Positions 39,901 through 51,599 of a stretch of DNA of 64,000 bases are shown piece by piece (position 1 is the first letter of the stretch; the number at the start of each line of letters is the position of its first letter). The stretch comes from Octopus sinensis. Taxonomy: Eukaryota. The stretch covers positions 61,628,001-61,692,000 of the forward strand of contig NC_043009.1 in the NCBI RefSeq assembly GCF_006345805.1, in the 5' to 3' direction. The notes beneath the pieces were generated by a model. The model saw only the letters and a list, made by a program, of their open reading frames with translations. It searched no databases and was not told the origin of the DNA. A program made the position numbers and the translations under genes.

Positions 39901-42298
39901 CATAGTGATATTATCAACATGTAAGACTCAGAACAGTGGTAACAGTGCTTGGATAAGAAATATTTCTGAGGAATACCTAAGAATCTTGGAAGAAAATCTA
40001 GTCCATTCAACTGAAAGTGTACATTTTTCATGAAATATTTGTTTGAAATTCATTCAGTGTGTATTCCATAGAAGTTTCCTTAGTTGTGATCCAAAGTATT
40101 TGTTGCATATATTTTATGTTTTATATATGACGTTAGGAAGGGCATCCAGCTGTAGAAACATTGCCAGATTGGATTGGAGCCTGGTACAGCCTTTTGACTC
40201 ATCAGCCCTCAGTCAAACTGTCCAACCCATGCCAGCATACCTATGATGATGATAATATGTAATAGCATAGGCAGAGATAGAATACTAGGAGAATATCTTC
40301 TTTAAATAAGCTCCTAATTATCCACATACATCAGATATTTCGCAATTATTCTATTAGCTAAATTCATTCATGTTCCGTAGACAATTCCTTTACTGATCAT
40401 TGCAAATCATTAATGTTTTCTTTTTCCATTTTTATTTCCTGTTATTTTAGATGAGTCTTGGTGAAAGGTCAAAATTGATCTGCACACCTGACTATGGATA
40501 CGGTCCAAAGGGTTATCCAGGAGTATATCCTTTTGGCATGTCACAGGTGAATATTTCATACATTTGAACAGGTTGAATATAGCAAACTTGCTTGGCCAGG
40601 TATCAAGTTCTTGTATGAGGGAATGATTTGAGTTATAAAGTACATTATAGTAAGTAATAGTGATTGATTAGATCGGGAATTACCATATGCCCTGGCCTAG
40701 AAGTGGATGTAGTATATAATATAAACATTTGTATAATATAATATAAACAAGCATGACCTTTGAACGTTGGGCCTCACAGAAGCAATGACGAAAGACTGAG
40801 ACCTCTGGAGACATGCTGTGACTGTGAAGACCCAACAAATAACGTGAGTTCATGGCTGTTTCCTGCACCAGCTTCACATAGCAGCCCCAGCCCATCCAAA
40901 GTACCTTGGATCGCAGGACGGCCTGCTGTGCTTACCTTGGATCGTAGGGAGACCTGCTGTGCTTGAGGAGACCTATTGAGTCAAGTACATCAACATCAAA
41001 TAAAAATCAAATGGAAATTGTAGTTGTGATACCTTTACCAGTGGCATGTAAAAAGCGCCATCTGAACGTGTCCGATGCCAGCGCCACCTTGACTGGCTTC
41101 CGTGCCAGTGGCACGTAAAAAGCACCCACTACTCTCACGGAGTGGTTGGCGTTAGGAAGGGCATCCAGCTGTAGAAACTCTGCCAGATCAGACTGGAGCC
41201 TGATGCAGCCTCCTGGCTTCCCAGGCCCCGGTTGAACCATCCAACCCATGCTAGTGTGGAAAACGGACGTTAAACGATGATGATGATTCGTACACCATCG
41301 CAGTCTTTCCAAATCCTGCTGCATTTATATGGAAATTTCAAGAGTAGGCCGTTCCATCGATCGGATCACCTGGAACACTTATTGCCATAACTGACAGAGA
41401 ACCAGTTATGGTTAAGCTTATTTGTTTAGATTGCAAAATTTACTTAATTTTACTTATAATCCCATCCTGTACTTGTATGCATGAATGTATGTGAGTGGGG
41501 TATCTTCCTAAATTAGTTACATTATATGTTTTCCTTGTCTACCATTTACTATCCTGGTAAGTAAACTCTGCAAGTGAAATCAAAATCAAATTCGATGACT
41601 GGCATCCGTGCTAGCGGAGTGCAAAGAGCACCATACGAGTGTGATCGTTGCCAGAGCGGCTAACTGGCTTCCGTGCCGGTGGCACATAAAAGGCACCATT
41701 TGAGTGTGATTGTTACAAGCGTTGCCTTACTGGAACTTCTGCCTGTGCTAGTAGGGTGCCAAGAGCACCATCTGAGCGTGATTGTTGCCAGAGTGACTAA
41801 CTGGCTTCTGTGCTGGTGGCGCATAAAAGGCACCATTCAAGTGTGATCATTACCAGCATTGCCTTACTGGCACCTGTGCCGGTGGCATGTGTAAAAAGAT
41901 TCAAGCGAGGTCATTGCCAGTACCGCCTGACTGGCCCCCGTGCCGGTGGCACATAAAAAGCACCCACTACACTCTCGGAGTGGTTGGTGTTAGGAAGGGC
42001 ATCCAGCTGTAGAAACACTGCCAGATCAAGATTGGTCCCTGGTGCAGCCATCTGGTTCGCCAGCCCTCAGTCAAAATCGTCCAATCCATGCTAGCATGGA
42101 AAGCAGACGTTAAACAACAATGATGATGATGTGAGTGTGTGTGTTTCTATATATTTTTGTTGTGCATTTGTACCTCTGTAACACATTATTATATCTGCTT
42201 TCCTTGACTGTCTTACTATTCCACCAAATTCAACATTGATCTTTGATGTTCAGCTCATATCTCTCTCACCCACCAACAGTTACAAAAACCAGAACTGA
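19390..42298 (+). CDS. FKBP12: FK506-binding protein 12 (FKBP1A/1B-like peptidyl-prolyl isomerase), 6 exons, 117 aa: join(19390-19426,29229-29276,33697-33786,38465-38487,40451-40524,42217-42298)
   Basis: The spliced CDS is 354 nt and encodes [117 protein letters not shown]. It aligns without gaps to human FKBP12 and all splice phases are compatible. Confidence 0.96.
22400..22835 (+). mobile_element. RTE-like LINE 3' remnant
   Basis: [31 protein letters not shown]-like reading, a zinc-knuckle-like end and a (TAA/TGA)n tail. Confidence 0.55.
23110..23535 (+). mobile_element. SINE-like element with 4 internal GTGCCGGTGGCACGTAA repeats and (GAT)n tail
   Basis: Same family as 10600-11058; CpGs intact. 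Confidence 0.8.
23758..24147 (+). mobile_element. Non-autonomous Helitron-type element
   Basis: A|TCTCTATATATAAAGCTGAAG...CCCGAGCAACGCCGGG (hairpin) CGATACTGCTAG|T; no TSD. Confidence 0.75.
27225..27560 (+). mobile_element. Penelope-like reverse transcriptase remnant
   Basis: ORF 27331+ contains [17 protein letters not shown]...[10 protein letters not shown], matching the PLE RT pattern FDVTMGSYDGAEVCELVG...GLYRDDGL. Confidence 0.75.
27570..28465 (-). mobile_element. Degenerate RTE-like LINE (APE endonuclease/linker region)
   Basis: Fragments [11 protein letters not shown](D), DDRLVR and [11 protein letters not shown] are typical of RTE-clade ORF2; frameshifted. Confidence 0.6.
29229..29276 (+). 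CDS. FKBP12: FKBP12 exon 2 ([16 protein letters not shown])
   Basis: ttttAG|GC...GTAG|GTGAG, 48 nt. Confidence 0.95.
   Translation, partial: AKLSPKKDKKLPSIM
31920..32530. repeat. Degenerate minisatellite, ~40-bp unit (TGACCATATGGTCATCAGTTCTAATCTTACTGTAGTTAGG-like)
   Basis: Recurrent TGA(C/T)CA(C/T)ATG.. / TACTGTAGTTAGG motifs at roughly regular spacing. Confidence 0.65.
33697..33786 (+). CDS. FKBP12: FKBP12 exon 3 ([30 protein letters not shown])
   Basis: cttttcctctcAG|CA...AAAG|GTAAG, 90 nt; contains the FDSSRDR motif. Confidence 0.96.
35900..36680 (-). mobile_element. RTE-clade LINE fragment (pre-RT/RT N-terminus)
   Basis: [46 protein letters not shown] is the canonical LINE RT domain 0/1; frameshifted. 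Confidence 0.85.
37686..37947. mobile_element. Foldback element, same family as 16810-17120, in a (TA)n tract
   Basis: CTGTTGTGTCTGGGGAGAGTCATTTTC... is inverted against ...GAAAATGACTCTCCCCAGACACAACAG. The inversion junction differs from the other copy. Confidence 0.7.
38465..38487 (+). CDS. FKBP12: FKBP12 exon 4, 23-nt microexon (GWDEGITQ)
   Basis: Long pyrimidine tract cttcAG|GC TGG GAT GAA GGT ATT ACC CAG|GTAAC; encodes the pocket residue W59. Confidence 0.95.
39400..39830 (-). mobile_element. 5'-truncated non-LTR retrotransposon with restriction-like endonuclease (HERO/NeSL-type C-terminus)
   Basis: [29 protein letters not shown]...[12 protein letters not shown]...[12 protein letters not shown] matches the RLE motifs ELTVPWE, K..KY..L, PIEVGCRGF and S.WLWLKR. 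Confidence 0.8.
40451..40524 (+). CDS. FKBP12: FKBP12 exon 5 ([25 protein letters not shown])
   Basis: ttttAG|ATG..., ends at the U12 donor GT|ATATCCTTT. Confidence 0.93.
40525..42216 (+). other. U12-type (minor spliceosome) AT-AC intron, 1692 nt
   Basis: 5'ss ATATCCTTT at 40525, branch site TTTCCTTGAC at 42199-42208 and 3'ss AC at 42215-42216. Splicing restores the conserved PG-V-IPPN exactly. Confidence 0.93.
41580..42130 (+). mobile_element. SINE-like element with internal tandem repeats; close relatives at 43715-44187 and 48730-49270
   Basis: Repeating CACCATT..AGTGTGATCGTT(G/A)CCAG units and an identical 3' tail with (GAT)n. Confidence 0.8.
42217..42298 (+). CDS. FKBP12: FKBP12 exon 6 ([26 protein letters not shown])
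   Basis: Follows the AC acceptor and contains the IPPN.TLIFDV.L motif. TGA at 42296-42298; AATAAA candidates at ~42784 and ~42957. Confidence 0.93.
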
Positions 42299-43234
42299 TG
42301 CCTTCAACTTGACTCTCAACTCTCTTCGAACCTAACCTATCTTTATACGATTATTTACTGTACATTCATGATGATGGCTACTCCTACGACAACAATTCAC
42401 CATGTGGCCAGTCCTGCAAAACTCACTCTGGGTGTCAAGTTTTTTAATATTTTCTTTTCTATCTTCTGCCATAAGAGTGAAGCTGCCATTTTCATAAATC
42501 CAAAGATTTTTACTCAAAATTTCACTTTCAAGATTTTTTTTAATTCTATACTTTTTAAAATTTGAGTATATTTCTTGATTTCCTCTGTGTTGTTAGCTTA
42601 TGGAGAGAAAATGTAGGGCTTAAGTCCTTATACTAATTTCATTCTGTACAATTCACACAGAGTTGTATAACAAAACTACAAACTAGCTCTGGGAACTACT
42701 ATTTCTTACAAATTCACTTAAGTTAAAGAGGTTTTCCTTCTTTTTTATTATTCTTTTTGATTAAATATTCTCTGATCATCTTAAATAAAATTTTCTCTGA
42801 ATATCTTAAAAAAGAATTTTGTATTTACAAACAATTTTTTTAATTTTAGGTTAAAAAAAAAAAAAACGAATATATTTTCAAAGTAAAAGTTAGGCCAGTA
42901 TCAATGTAAAAAGTTTTCAATTGGAAACATTCTGAAATAATTCTAAATAATAACATAATAAAACAATGTTTAGTCTTCATTTGGAAACAATTCCTTTTCT
43001 TTGTGTTGGTTTTTGTTTATCAGAGGAAGTCTGTCAAATTTTTATCAAAATATTTTCATTCCAAAAATGAAAAAAAACCCCTCTATTTGCAGACAAATTT
43101 GGATCAAGTCTTTCAAAGAGAGGACGTGTAAAATTGTAGTGTTTAGTTAACAGCAACAAAATTGGTCAGTAGTATTTCCTGAGATTTGAAGAACTTTTAA
43201 GGTTTAATACTTAGCTGTAGTCTATTAGTGTTGA

Positions 43235-43612
43235 GTGGAGGCACAATGGCCCAGTGGTTAGGGCAGCGGACTCGCGGTTTCGATTCCCAGACCGGGCGTT
43301 GTGAGTGTTTATTGAGCGAAAACACCTAAAAGCTCCATGAGGCTCCGGCAGGGGATGGTGGTGATCCCTGCTGTACTCTTTCACTACAACTTTCTCTCAC
43401 TCTTACTTCCTGTTTCTGTTGTACCTGTATTTCAAGGGGCCGGCCTTGTCACTCTCTGTGTCACGCTGAATATCCCCGAGAACTACGTTAAGGGTGCACG
43501 TGTCTGTGGAGTGCTCAGCCACTTACACGTTAATTTCATGAGCAGGCTGTTCCGTTGATTCGGATCAACCGGAACCCTCATCGTCGTAACCGACGGAGTG
43601 CTTCCACACCAC
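43235..43612 (+). mobile_element. Young tRNA-derived SINE with 11-bp TSD
   Basis: A box TGGCCCAGTGG, B-box-like TTTCGATTCCC, TSD ATTAGTGTTGA at 43224-43234 and 43613-43623. Confidence 0.85.
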
Positions 43613-45897
43613 ATTAGTGTTGAACAGATGAAAGGAAAATTTTTAGATGGCATCAGCAATTGTCAGAGGAGTGTTTGGCATGATCAGTAAATATTCACAA
43701 CAAATGTAGAGTTATTTGGCTTCCGTGCCAGTGGCACATAAAAGGCACCATTTGAGTGTGATCATTACCAGCGTCGCCTTACTGCAACTTGTGCCCATGC
43801 TAGTAGAGTGCCAAGAGCACCATTCAAGCATGATCGTTGCCAGAGCAGCCAACTGGCTTCCGTGCCGGTGGCACGTAAAAGGGCACCATTCGAGCGTGAT
43901 CATTACCAATGTCGCCTTACTGGCACCTGTGCCGGTGGCATGTGTAAAAAGATTCGAGCGAGGTCATTGCCAGTACCGTTGGACTGGCCCCTGTGCCAGT
44001 GGCACGTAAAAAGCACCCACTACACTCTTGGAGTGGTTGGTGTTAGGAAGGGCATCCAGCTGTAGAAACTCTGCCAGATCAAGATTGGTCCCTGGTGCAG
44101 CCATTTGGTTCGCCAGCCCTCACTCAAAATCGTCCAACCCATGCTAGCATGGAAAGCGGACGTTAAACGATGATGATGATGATGACGACTAGTTAAATAT
44201 AAAACCAAATACATGCCAAAGTCTATGAGTGGTAGCTTATTTATATGGCAAAGATTGCCTTCATGGCATGTAATGGTGTTTTGAGCATTTTTAAAATTGG
44301 CAGAACCCAGCCTTCTCCAGATTCTTTTCACAGTAGATTTCTAAAGAGAGAGAAGACTTGACTCTCAAACAGGATTGGTGTTTCTTTTATTTATCCTGAC
44401 GGATGAAAGATTTAGTTGACTTTCAGGTTATAGAGATTCAGAACAATCACAGCAAGGTCCTCTATCTGATATTCAAGTGACTCTGCTAATTCCCTGTTGT
44501 ATGAGGAGGATTTGTAGAAGTTCAATATATTTGTTGGTAGTGTAGCCTGATATCAGTTGAAGACCAATGAAACAGTTTGGTATGTATAGGCACACTGATA
44601 CTGGTTGTTTTGATGAAACTAGAAAAAAATAGTTGGTTAGGAGTGGCTGTGTGGTAAGTAGCTTGCTTACGAACAACATGGTTCCGGGTTCAGTCCCACT
44701 GCCTGACACCTTGGGCAAGTGTCTTCTACTATAGTCTCGGGCCAACCAAAGCCTTGCGAGTATATTTGGTAGATGGAAACTGAAAGAAGCTCGTCATATA
44801 TATGTTTGTGTGTCTATCCCCCCAACATCGCTTGACAGCTGATGCTGGTGTGTTTACGTCCCCTTAACTTAACGGTTCAGCAAAAGAGACCGATAGAATA
44901 AGTACTACAAAGAATAAGTCCTGGGATCGATTTGCTTGACTAAAGGCGGTGCTCCAGCATGGCCACAGTCAAATGACTGAAACAAGTAAAAGAGTGACCC
45001 TTTTGCATTCAGGTTACTGTTTCAAATGTAAGGATTATTTATTCATCTTCTTTTGAATTAATCATGCATTATCTTGTTGATTCGAGATTTTAGTGATGTG
45101 ATTTCTTTATTTTTAGAGTGACATTGTAGGACAGGTGTGAGAGGCTGAACTGATTGGTTTGAACATAAAACAGGTAGAATATTTAGCTGATTTAACCCTT
45201 TAGCATTCAGATTACTCTGTGAAATGTAATGCTTATTTATTCATATGATTGGAGCTTGGTGCAGCCTTCAGGCTTGCCAGTCCTCAGTCAAATCGTCCAA
45301 CCCATGCCAGCATGGAAAGCGGACAACAATTATGTTGATGATTGTTTTGAATTAATTATGAATTGTCTTGCAGCTTCAAGATTCTGATGACATGTTTATT
45401 TTTAGAATAATAATGAAGGTTTGGTGTGATGGGTCAGATTCAGCCAGTAAAGTAGGTAGAATATTTTGGCCAGTTCAGATGCTAAAGGGTTAAACAAAGA
45501 GAATGATGATGATGATGTATATCTTAAGCATCTGCTAAAGACAATGCCTCTCTTCTTGGCTGTAATATTTTGTCTCAGAAAAAAAGAATTTCTCAGAGAG
45601 GCTTGGGTGCTTAAAAAAAAATCCAAGGCTCAGAATGTCCATTGATTGTCAGACACTGTGTTTCTATTTCATTCAGTCTCCTCCATGGTAAATCCTACTC
45701 CAGTCCCCACATGTTCTAAGCTAAGCTGAAAAATGTGATATAGAAATCATTATGAATGTTATTATACATGTTGGTATTTTGATACCCACAAGAAACTCAT
45801 TCATAGAGACAGGAAAGTTTTCATGTAACAAAGAATAAAGAACTCAAATCACATAGTTCAAGGTATAATTGCAAAGATGGTGAACATTATGGAAAAC

Positions 45898-46385
45898 ACT
45901 GTTGTTGTTGTTGGCATCCTTTCTGTCTCGGGAGACAATGGAGTTGCGCATAAAGTAGTCTAGTCCGGCTTTTATATTTCATGTCCTGATACATTTCCTG
46001 CTGTGGCTGTGTAGTCATCCTGGACAAACACTCCCTCTGGCAGGTACCGCAAATGTAGCGAAGACTGTTCCTGGCTGGTTGTAATGCCATAGTCTCTTGT
46101 TGACGTCTCTTCTTTTCTTTCCATTTCTCCTCTCTCTCTCTGTCACTCCTTTGTATTCCCTCTTTTACGGTACGTCGCCATTCTCCATGGTTGCCGGCAA
46201 CTGCCTCCCAACCGCTAATATTGATGTTGCAGGCCTTCATGTCCCTTTTGCAAACATCCTTGTAACGTAAGATCGGTCTACCCACAGACCTAGTACCCCT
46301 AGCAAGCTCTCCGTAGAGTATGTCCTTGGGGATTCTGCCATCTTTTATACGGCTAACATGCCCAAGCCATCTCATACGTCTTAAC
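45898..46385 (-). mobile_element. RTE-clade LINE 3' end with (CAA)n tail
   Basis: RRMRWLGHVSRIKDGRIPKDILYGELARGTRSVGRPILRYKDVCKRDMK...ICGTCQRECLSR, followed by a CAA tail. Confidence 0.9.
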
Positions 46386-47076
46386 AAAATTATAGATTCT
46401 GCTTTGAGTGGTTTTCACAAAGAATGTCAATAAATTCCAATTCACTTGGATTGGCCAGGCTGTCTGGTGTCAAGTCGGCTCTGCTGGCCACAGCATTTGG
46501 TCCATTCCCCTTGTGCTTTTGCCATTCTCCTCCATGTTGTTCCAAACATTTTTCTTAAATTTTGATGAAAAGAGAACATCTGCTTACAGCACAGAGAGCC
46601 ATGGAAAGGTCAATGTTGGGAATCTCACTGAAAGATCACACTCGGAATGAGGAGATGAGGGATAGAAGTGGAGTGGAGGACGTCATTGCAGAATGCTGCC
46701 ATGCAAAGCTACGATGTTGCAGGTCATGTCGCAAGGTTCACTGACAATTGGTGGACTTGTGCAGTTGTTGAGTGGTAACAGTATAAACAGAAGGGACCAA
46801 CCGGAAGACCTCTAATCATGAATGAAGATGATTTAAGAAATTTCAATTACTGAATATAATAATAGGTCTGTTCTTCCGGCTTCTTTCATTTTGTTTATGC
46901 ACAATTTTTATGTTGTTATATTAAGAACTGTACACAAGTTGCAGGATGGAAAAAAAAAATCACCAATGTTGTGTACACTGAAGTTTTCCAGTGTTAAAAC
47001 CTTCTTTGTGACCATGTGGTTTGGGGTTCAGTCCAACTGTGTGACCCCTTGAGCAGGTGTCTTCTATTATAGCTCT

Positions 47077-47288
47077 TTTCTACTCTAGGCACAAGGCCGG
47101 AAATGTTTGGGGAGCGAGGGGGCAGTCAATTAGATCAACCCCAGTATGCAACTGGTACTTAATTTAATGACCCCGAAAGGATGAAAGGCAAAGTCGACCT
47201 CAGCAGAATTTGAACTCAAAACCCAAAGACAGATGAAATACTGCTAAGCATTTCGCCCGGCCTGCTAACAATTCTGCCAGCTTGCCGC
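47077..47288 (-). mobile_element. tRNA-SINE nested in an older SINE, 16-bp TSD
   Basis: CTTCTATTATAGCTCT is duplicated at 47061-47076 and 47289-47304. Confidence 0.8.
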
Positions 47289-50200
47289 CTTCTATTATAG
47301 CTCTGAGCTGATATACACCTTGTCAGTGAATTTAGCTGTCAGAAACCATGTGGAAGCCTTTCGTATATGTATGAATATATATATGTGTGTGTGTGTGTGT
47401 CCTTCCACTGCTTAACATCTGGTGTTGATTTGTTCCTGTCCCTTTTACTAAGTGGTTCAGCATAAAGACCAACAGATTTGGAAAAGTGTCAGGGTTGATT
47501 TGTTTAACTAAACCCTTTCGAGGCAGTGCCCCAGCATGGCCAGAGAATAATGACTGAAAACCAGTTAGAGATAGGATATGTGTATATATTTGTATGTAGT
47601 CTGGGTATTTTTCTCATAATATTTAGTTATTTTTTAATCATCAACACCAGTTTTAGAAATCGTGACCAAAATATTCTTTTCTACTCTAGGCACAAGGCCC
47701 GGATTTTTTGGGGAAAGGGCCAGTTAATTAGATTGACTCCAGTACGCAACTGGTACTTATCGACCCCAAAAGGACGAAAAGCAGAATGTAAAGACAGATG
47801 AGATACCTATTTATTTGCTACCCACAAGGGGCTAAACACAGAGAGGACAGACAAACGGATTAAGTCGATTATATCGACTCCAGTCTGTAACTGGTACTTA
47901 ATTTATCGACCCTGAAAGGATGAAAGGCAAAGTCGACCTCGGCGGAATTTGAACTCAGAACGTAACGGCAGATGAAATACCTATTTCTTTACTGCCCACA
48001 AGGGGCTACACACAGAGGGGACAAACAAGGACAGACAAACGGATTAAGTCGATTACATCGACCCTAGTGCGTAACTGGTTCTTATTTAATCGACCCCGAA
48101 AGGATGAAAGGCAAAGTTGACCTCGGCGGAATTTGAACTCAGAACGTAATGGTAGACGAAATACCGTTAAGCATTTCGTCCAGCATGCTAACGATTCTGC
48201 CAGCTTGCTGTCTTACGACAAAGATGATATTAGAGATATTCTCTGGCTTGCCAGCTCCAGTCAAACTGTCCAAGTTATGCTAGCATGGAAAAATGAATGT
48301 CAATCGATGATACAGTTATGGCTGTGTGGTTCGAAGTTTGCTTCCCAACTACATGGCTCCAGGTTCAATCCCACAGTGTGGCACTTTGGATACATGTCTT
48401 CTATAGCCTCAAGCTGACCAAAGGCTTGCGAGTAGATGTGGTAGATGGAAACTGAAAGAAGTCCATCATATATATATCTATGTGCCTGTGTTTGTTCCCA
48501 CTCCACCACCACTCGATCACCAGTGTTGGTGTGTTTATGTTCCCGTAACTTAGTGGTGTGGCAAAAAAAACTGATAGAATAAGAGTTAGGCTTAACAAAA
48601 AAATAAGTGCTGGGGTTGATCCATTTGACTAAAATTCTTCAAGGTGGTGCCCCAGCATGGCCATAGTTTGATGACTGAAAGAAAAGAATATTACATATAC
48701 TCACCTTTATATATAATGTATATATGAAATCAAAATCAAATCAAATTCGATGACTGGCGTCCGTGCTAGCAGGGTGCAAAGAGCACCATACAAGTGTGAT
48801 CGTTGACAGAGCGGCTAACCGACTTCCATGCCAGTGGCACATAAAAGGCACCATTTGAGCGCGATCGTTACCAGCATCGTCTTACTGGCACTCGAGTCCC
48901 ATGCTAGTAGGGTATTAAGAGCACCATCTGAGCATGATCGTTGCCAGAGAGGCTAACTGGCCTCCGTGCCAGTGGTACATAAAAGACACCATTCAAGCAT
49001 GATCGTTACCAGCATCGCCTTACTGGCACCTGTGCCGGTGGCATGTGTAAAAGATTCGAGCGAGGTCGTTGCCAGTACCGCCTGACTGGGCATGTAAAAG
49101 CACCCACTACACTCTCGGAGTGGTTGGTGTTAGGAAGGGCATCCAGCTGTAGAAACTGTGCCAGATCAAGACTGGAGCCTGGTGCAGCTATCTTGTTTGC
49201 CAGCCCACAATCAAAATTGTCCAACCCATGCTAGCACGGAAAGCAGATGTTAAACGATGATGATGATGATGTACATAACAGACAACAGAACTACCAGAGA
49301 AAAGAGTAAACTGTTTTTTATTTGTTCTTAAAATGTTTTTGTTTAGTTGGTTTTTGTGTAGAGGTTAGATGGGGGTGGGGAGAGAATAATGATTTACATT
49401 GAATCACTGAAACATACAAAAGGAGAACTTAAAATATACAACTGAAGACATTTTACTGAGGGGTGGGTGATAGGTGGTGTCTTAGTAAAGTGGGGGGGGG
49501 ACAGACATGTATGTATAAAATGTGAAAAAGTTAAAGAAATTGTTTTGTTTTTTTTTTGTTAAAAAGAGAATATTTAAGACTTGGATTAATTGAAATGTAT
49601 TTTAATATGTAATATGTAAAACTATTAACATTACAGACATCAATGCTGGCATCATAAAACCCCAAAAAAAAAAAAAATTTACCAGCAATCTAAGGCCCAT
49701 AGTCACTGGTGTATTATGAATTATGAACTGGTTTGAAACCAGTCCCTTCAGTCACTGACAAATGTTTAGTATTTTAGTCACAAGTAAAGGAGGTAGTGAG
49801 TCTTCAGAAACGTAGACTATACTCTAATTTGGATACAATGATAGAATATTCTAGGATTTAACTAGGGCAGTAAACAAATCTTTTAGCTTGTTGTCTAGTA
49901 CTGCCATTTACAAAGGCGAAAAGCAAAATCTATTTAGATTGTGTCTAAATCTGCCAAAGGCATATTAAATTGATAGAAACATTTACAATATATGAATATA
50001 TCAAAGTTCATTTAGGGGGAGAAAAAAAAGTCCCCACAATAACAAAACATTTGATCATATTGGAGTATTTTTATGGATTGAAGTTTATTTGAATAGAAGA
50101 AGAAGAAAGAAAAAAAAGCTGTGATGGTGTTTAAGTTCTTAATCCTAAATTAATTCTGATACATCAATAATGTCTTAAAATATTCATCATAGTGTTCACT

Positions 50201-51449
50201 AGTGTTGGTTTTTTAATTATTAAGTATATATATATATTTGTATGTGTTTGTGTGTGGACATATATATGTATGTATAATTTGCACATGTCTGTAATTCTAT
50301 GTAGACATGTAAGTCTATTTTAATTATATAATTTACGAGTGTACATGTGTTTCCATGGGAAACAAATTGTCAGTAATATTCTGAAGGACTTTCATCCATA
50401 GACAGACGGACAACTAAATGGTGAAGAATATCCTGATGACTTAAAATCTTTGTCAATTTTTATTTGTTGAACATTTTCACTCAGATTACAAATGTCAGTA
50501 GGAAGTGTTCATATTTGCATTGGATATAGTGAGATCAGGTTTGTTAATAAGTCCAGGTAACAGCAAACAGTGTGTGTGTGTGGTGTGTGTGTGTGTTAAG
50601 ATAATTATTCTGACAACCCAACAGAGTTCCTGTTTTGTATAACACAAGAGGAGGGGCTAATTGGTACACATCCACTACGGTAATTATTAAATAGGAATCA
50701 TAAAAAATAACGAACAAGATATGTTTAATTTTCAAGAAAAAGAAGAGGAGGAACAAATTTAAAATATAAATATATGACTGTTTTTTTTTAAGAAAAAGAA
50801 AAGGAATAAAAATGTTTCTATGTAAACCTGGAATAAAATCAGAGATTACGAGGGTTTTACGAGAAGGGGTAGGGATCGTTTTATGATTTTTTTTCCTTAC
50901 AGGAAGAAGCAAAGAAGAAATCTGATAGTTTGAAAACACAGTGAATCTACTTGAAAAGCTATATTTTTATCGTCCATACCACTACCTGGTATTCTACAAT
51001 ATCTAAAGACAGCCAAGTTGAAACTAATTCAGTGTGACCCCACTGATGGATCATCTACAGAAATGCTACACTGAAGTAGCGTAGCATTACTTCACCAGGA
51101 AAAACATGAAAGCTAGTTCAGTTGAACAGCAGGATCAATAACCGGTTGTTAGAACTAAGATCCAGTGATGAGGTGGGATGGATTCACTGATATCCTCACC
51201 TCTGAACTCATATAAGAACTAGAAGGTAAGTACAGACTTACCATAATACAAAATTTAATAAATGATTCACAGTAGAACAGGAATTATATAATCACATTCA
51301 TTGGCTTACAGCTGTTTTTGCTATAAGGAACTGTGCATCCAAAGGAGAACTGGGTAACAATGTGACATGGCTTCATCAGAGATTCTTATAGTAGAAATCA
51401 CTAAGCCAATGGATGTGATTATGTCACTTCTATTCTTTTGTCATTCATT

Positions 51450-51516
<67 letters not shown>

Positions 51517-51599
51517 GAAGGTTGAAAAGGAACACACGAGTTGATATATATGGAAAAAAAGTAAAGATAGAAAATGCTAAAATAATTTTATAAAAAACA

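Noticed and set aside
40523-40532. GT at 40523 as a GT-AG donor for FKBP12 exon 5
   Set aside because: GTATAT is a weak U2 donor and no AG precedes the IPPN codons. Only the AT-AC pair restores the conserved frame.
51300-51382. Minus-strand CTGATGA ... AAAACAGCTGTA as a canonical hammerhead
   Set aside because: No credible stem II and GAAA is mutated; at most a decayed remnant.
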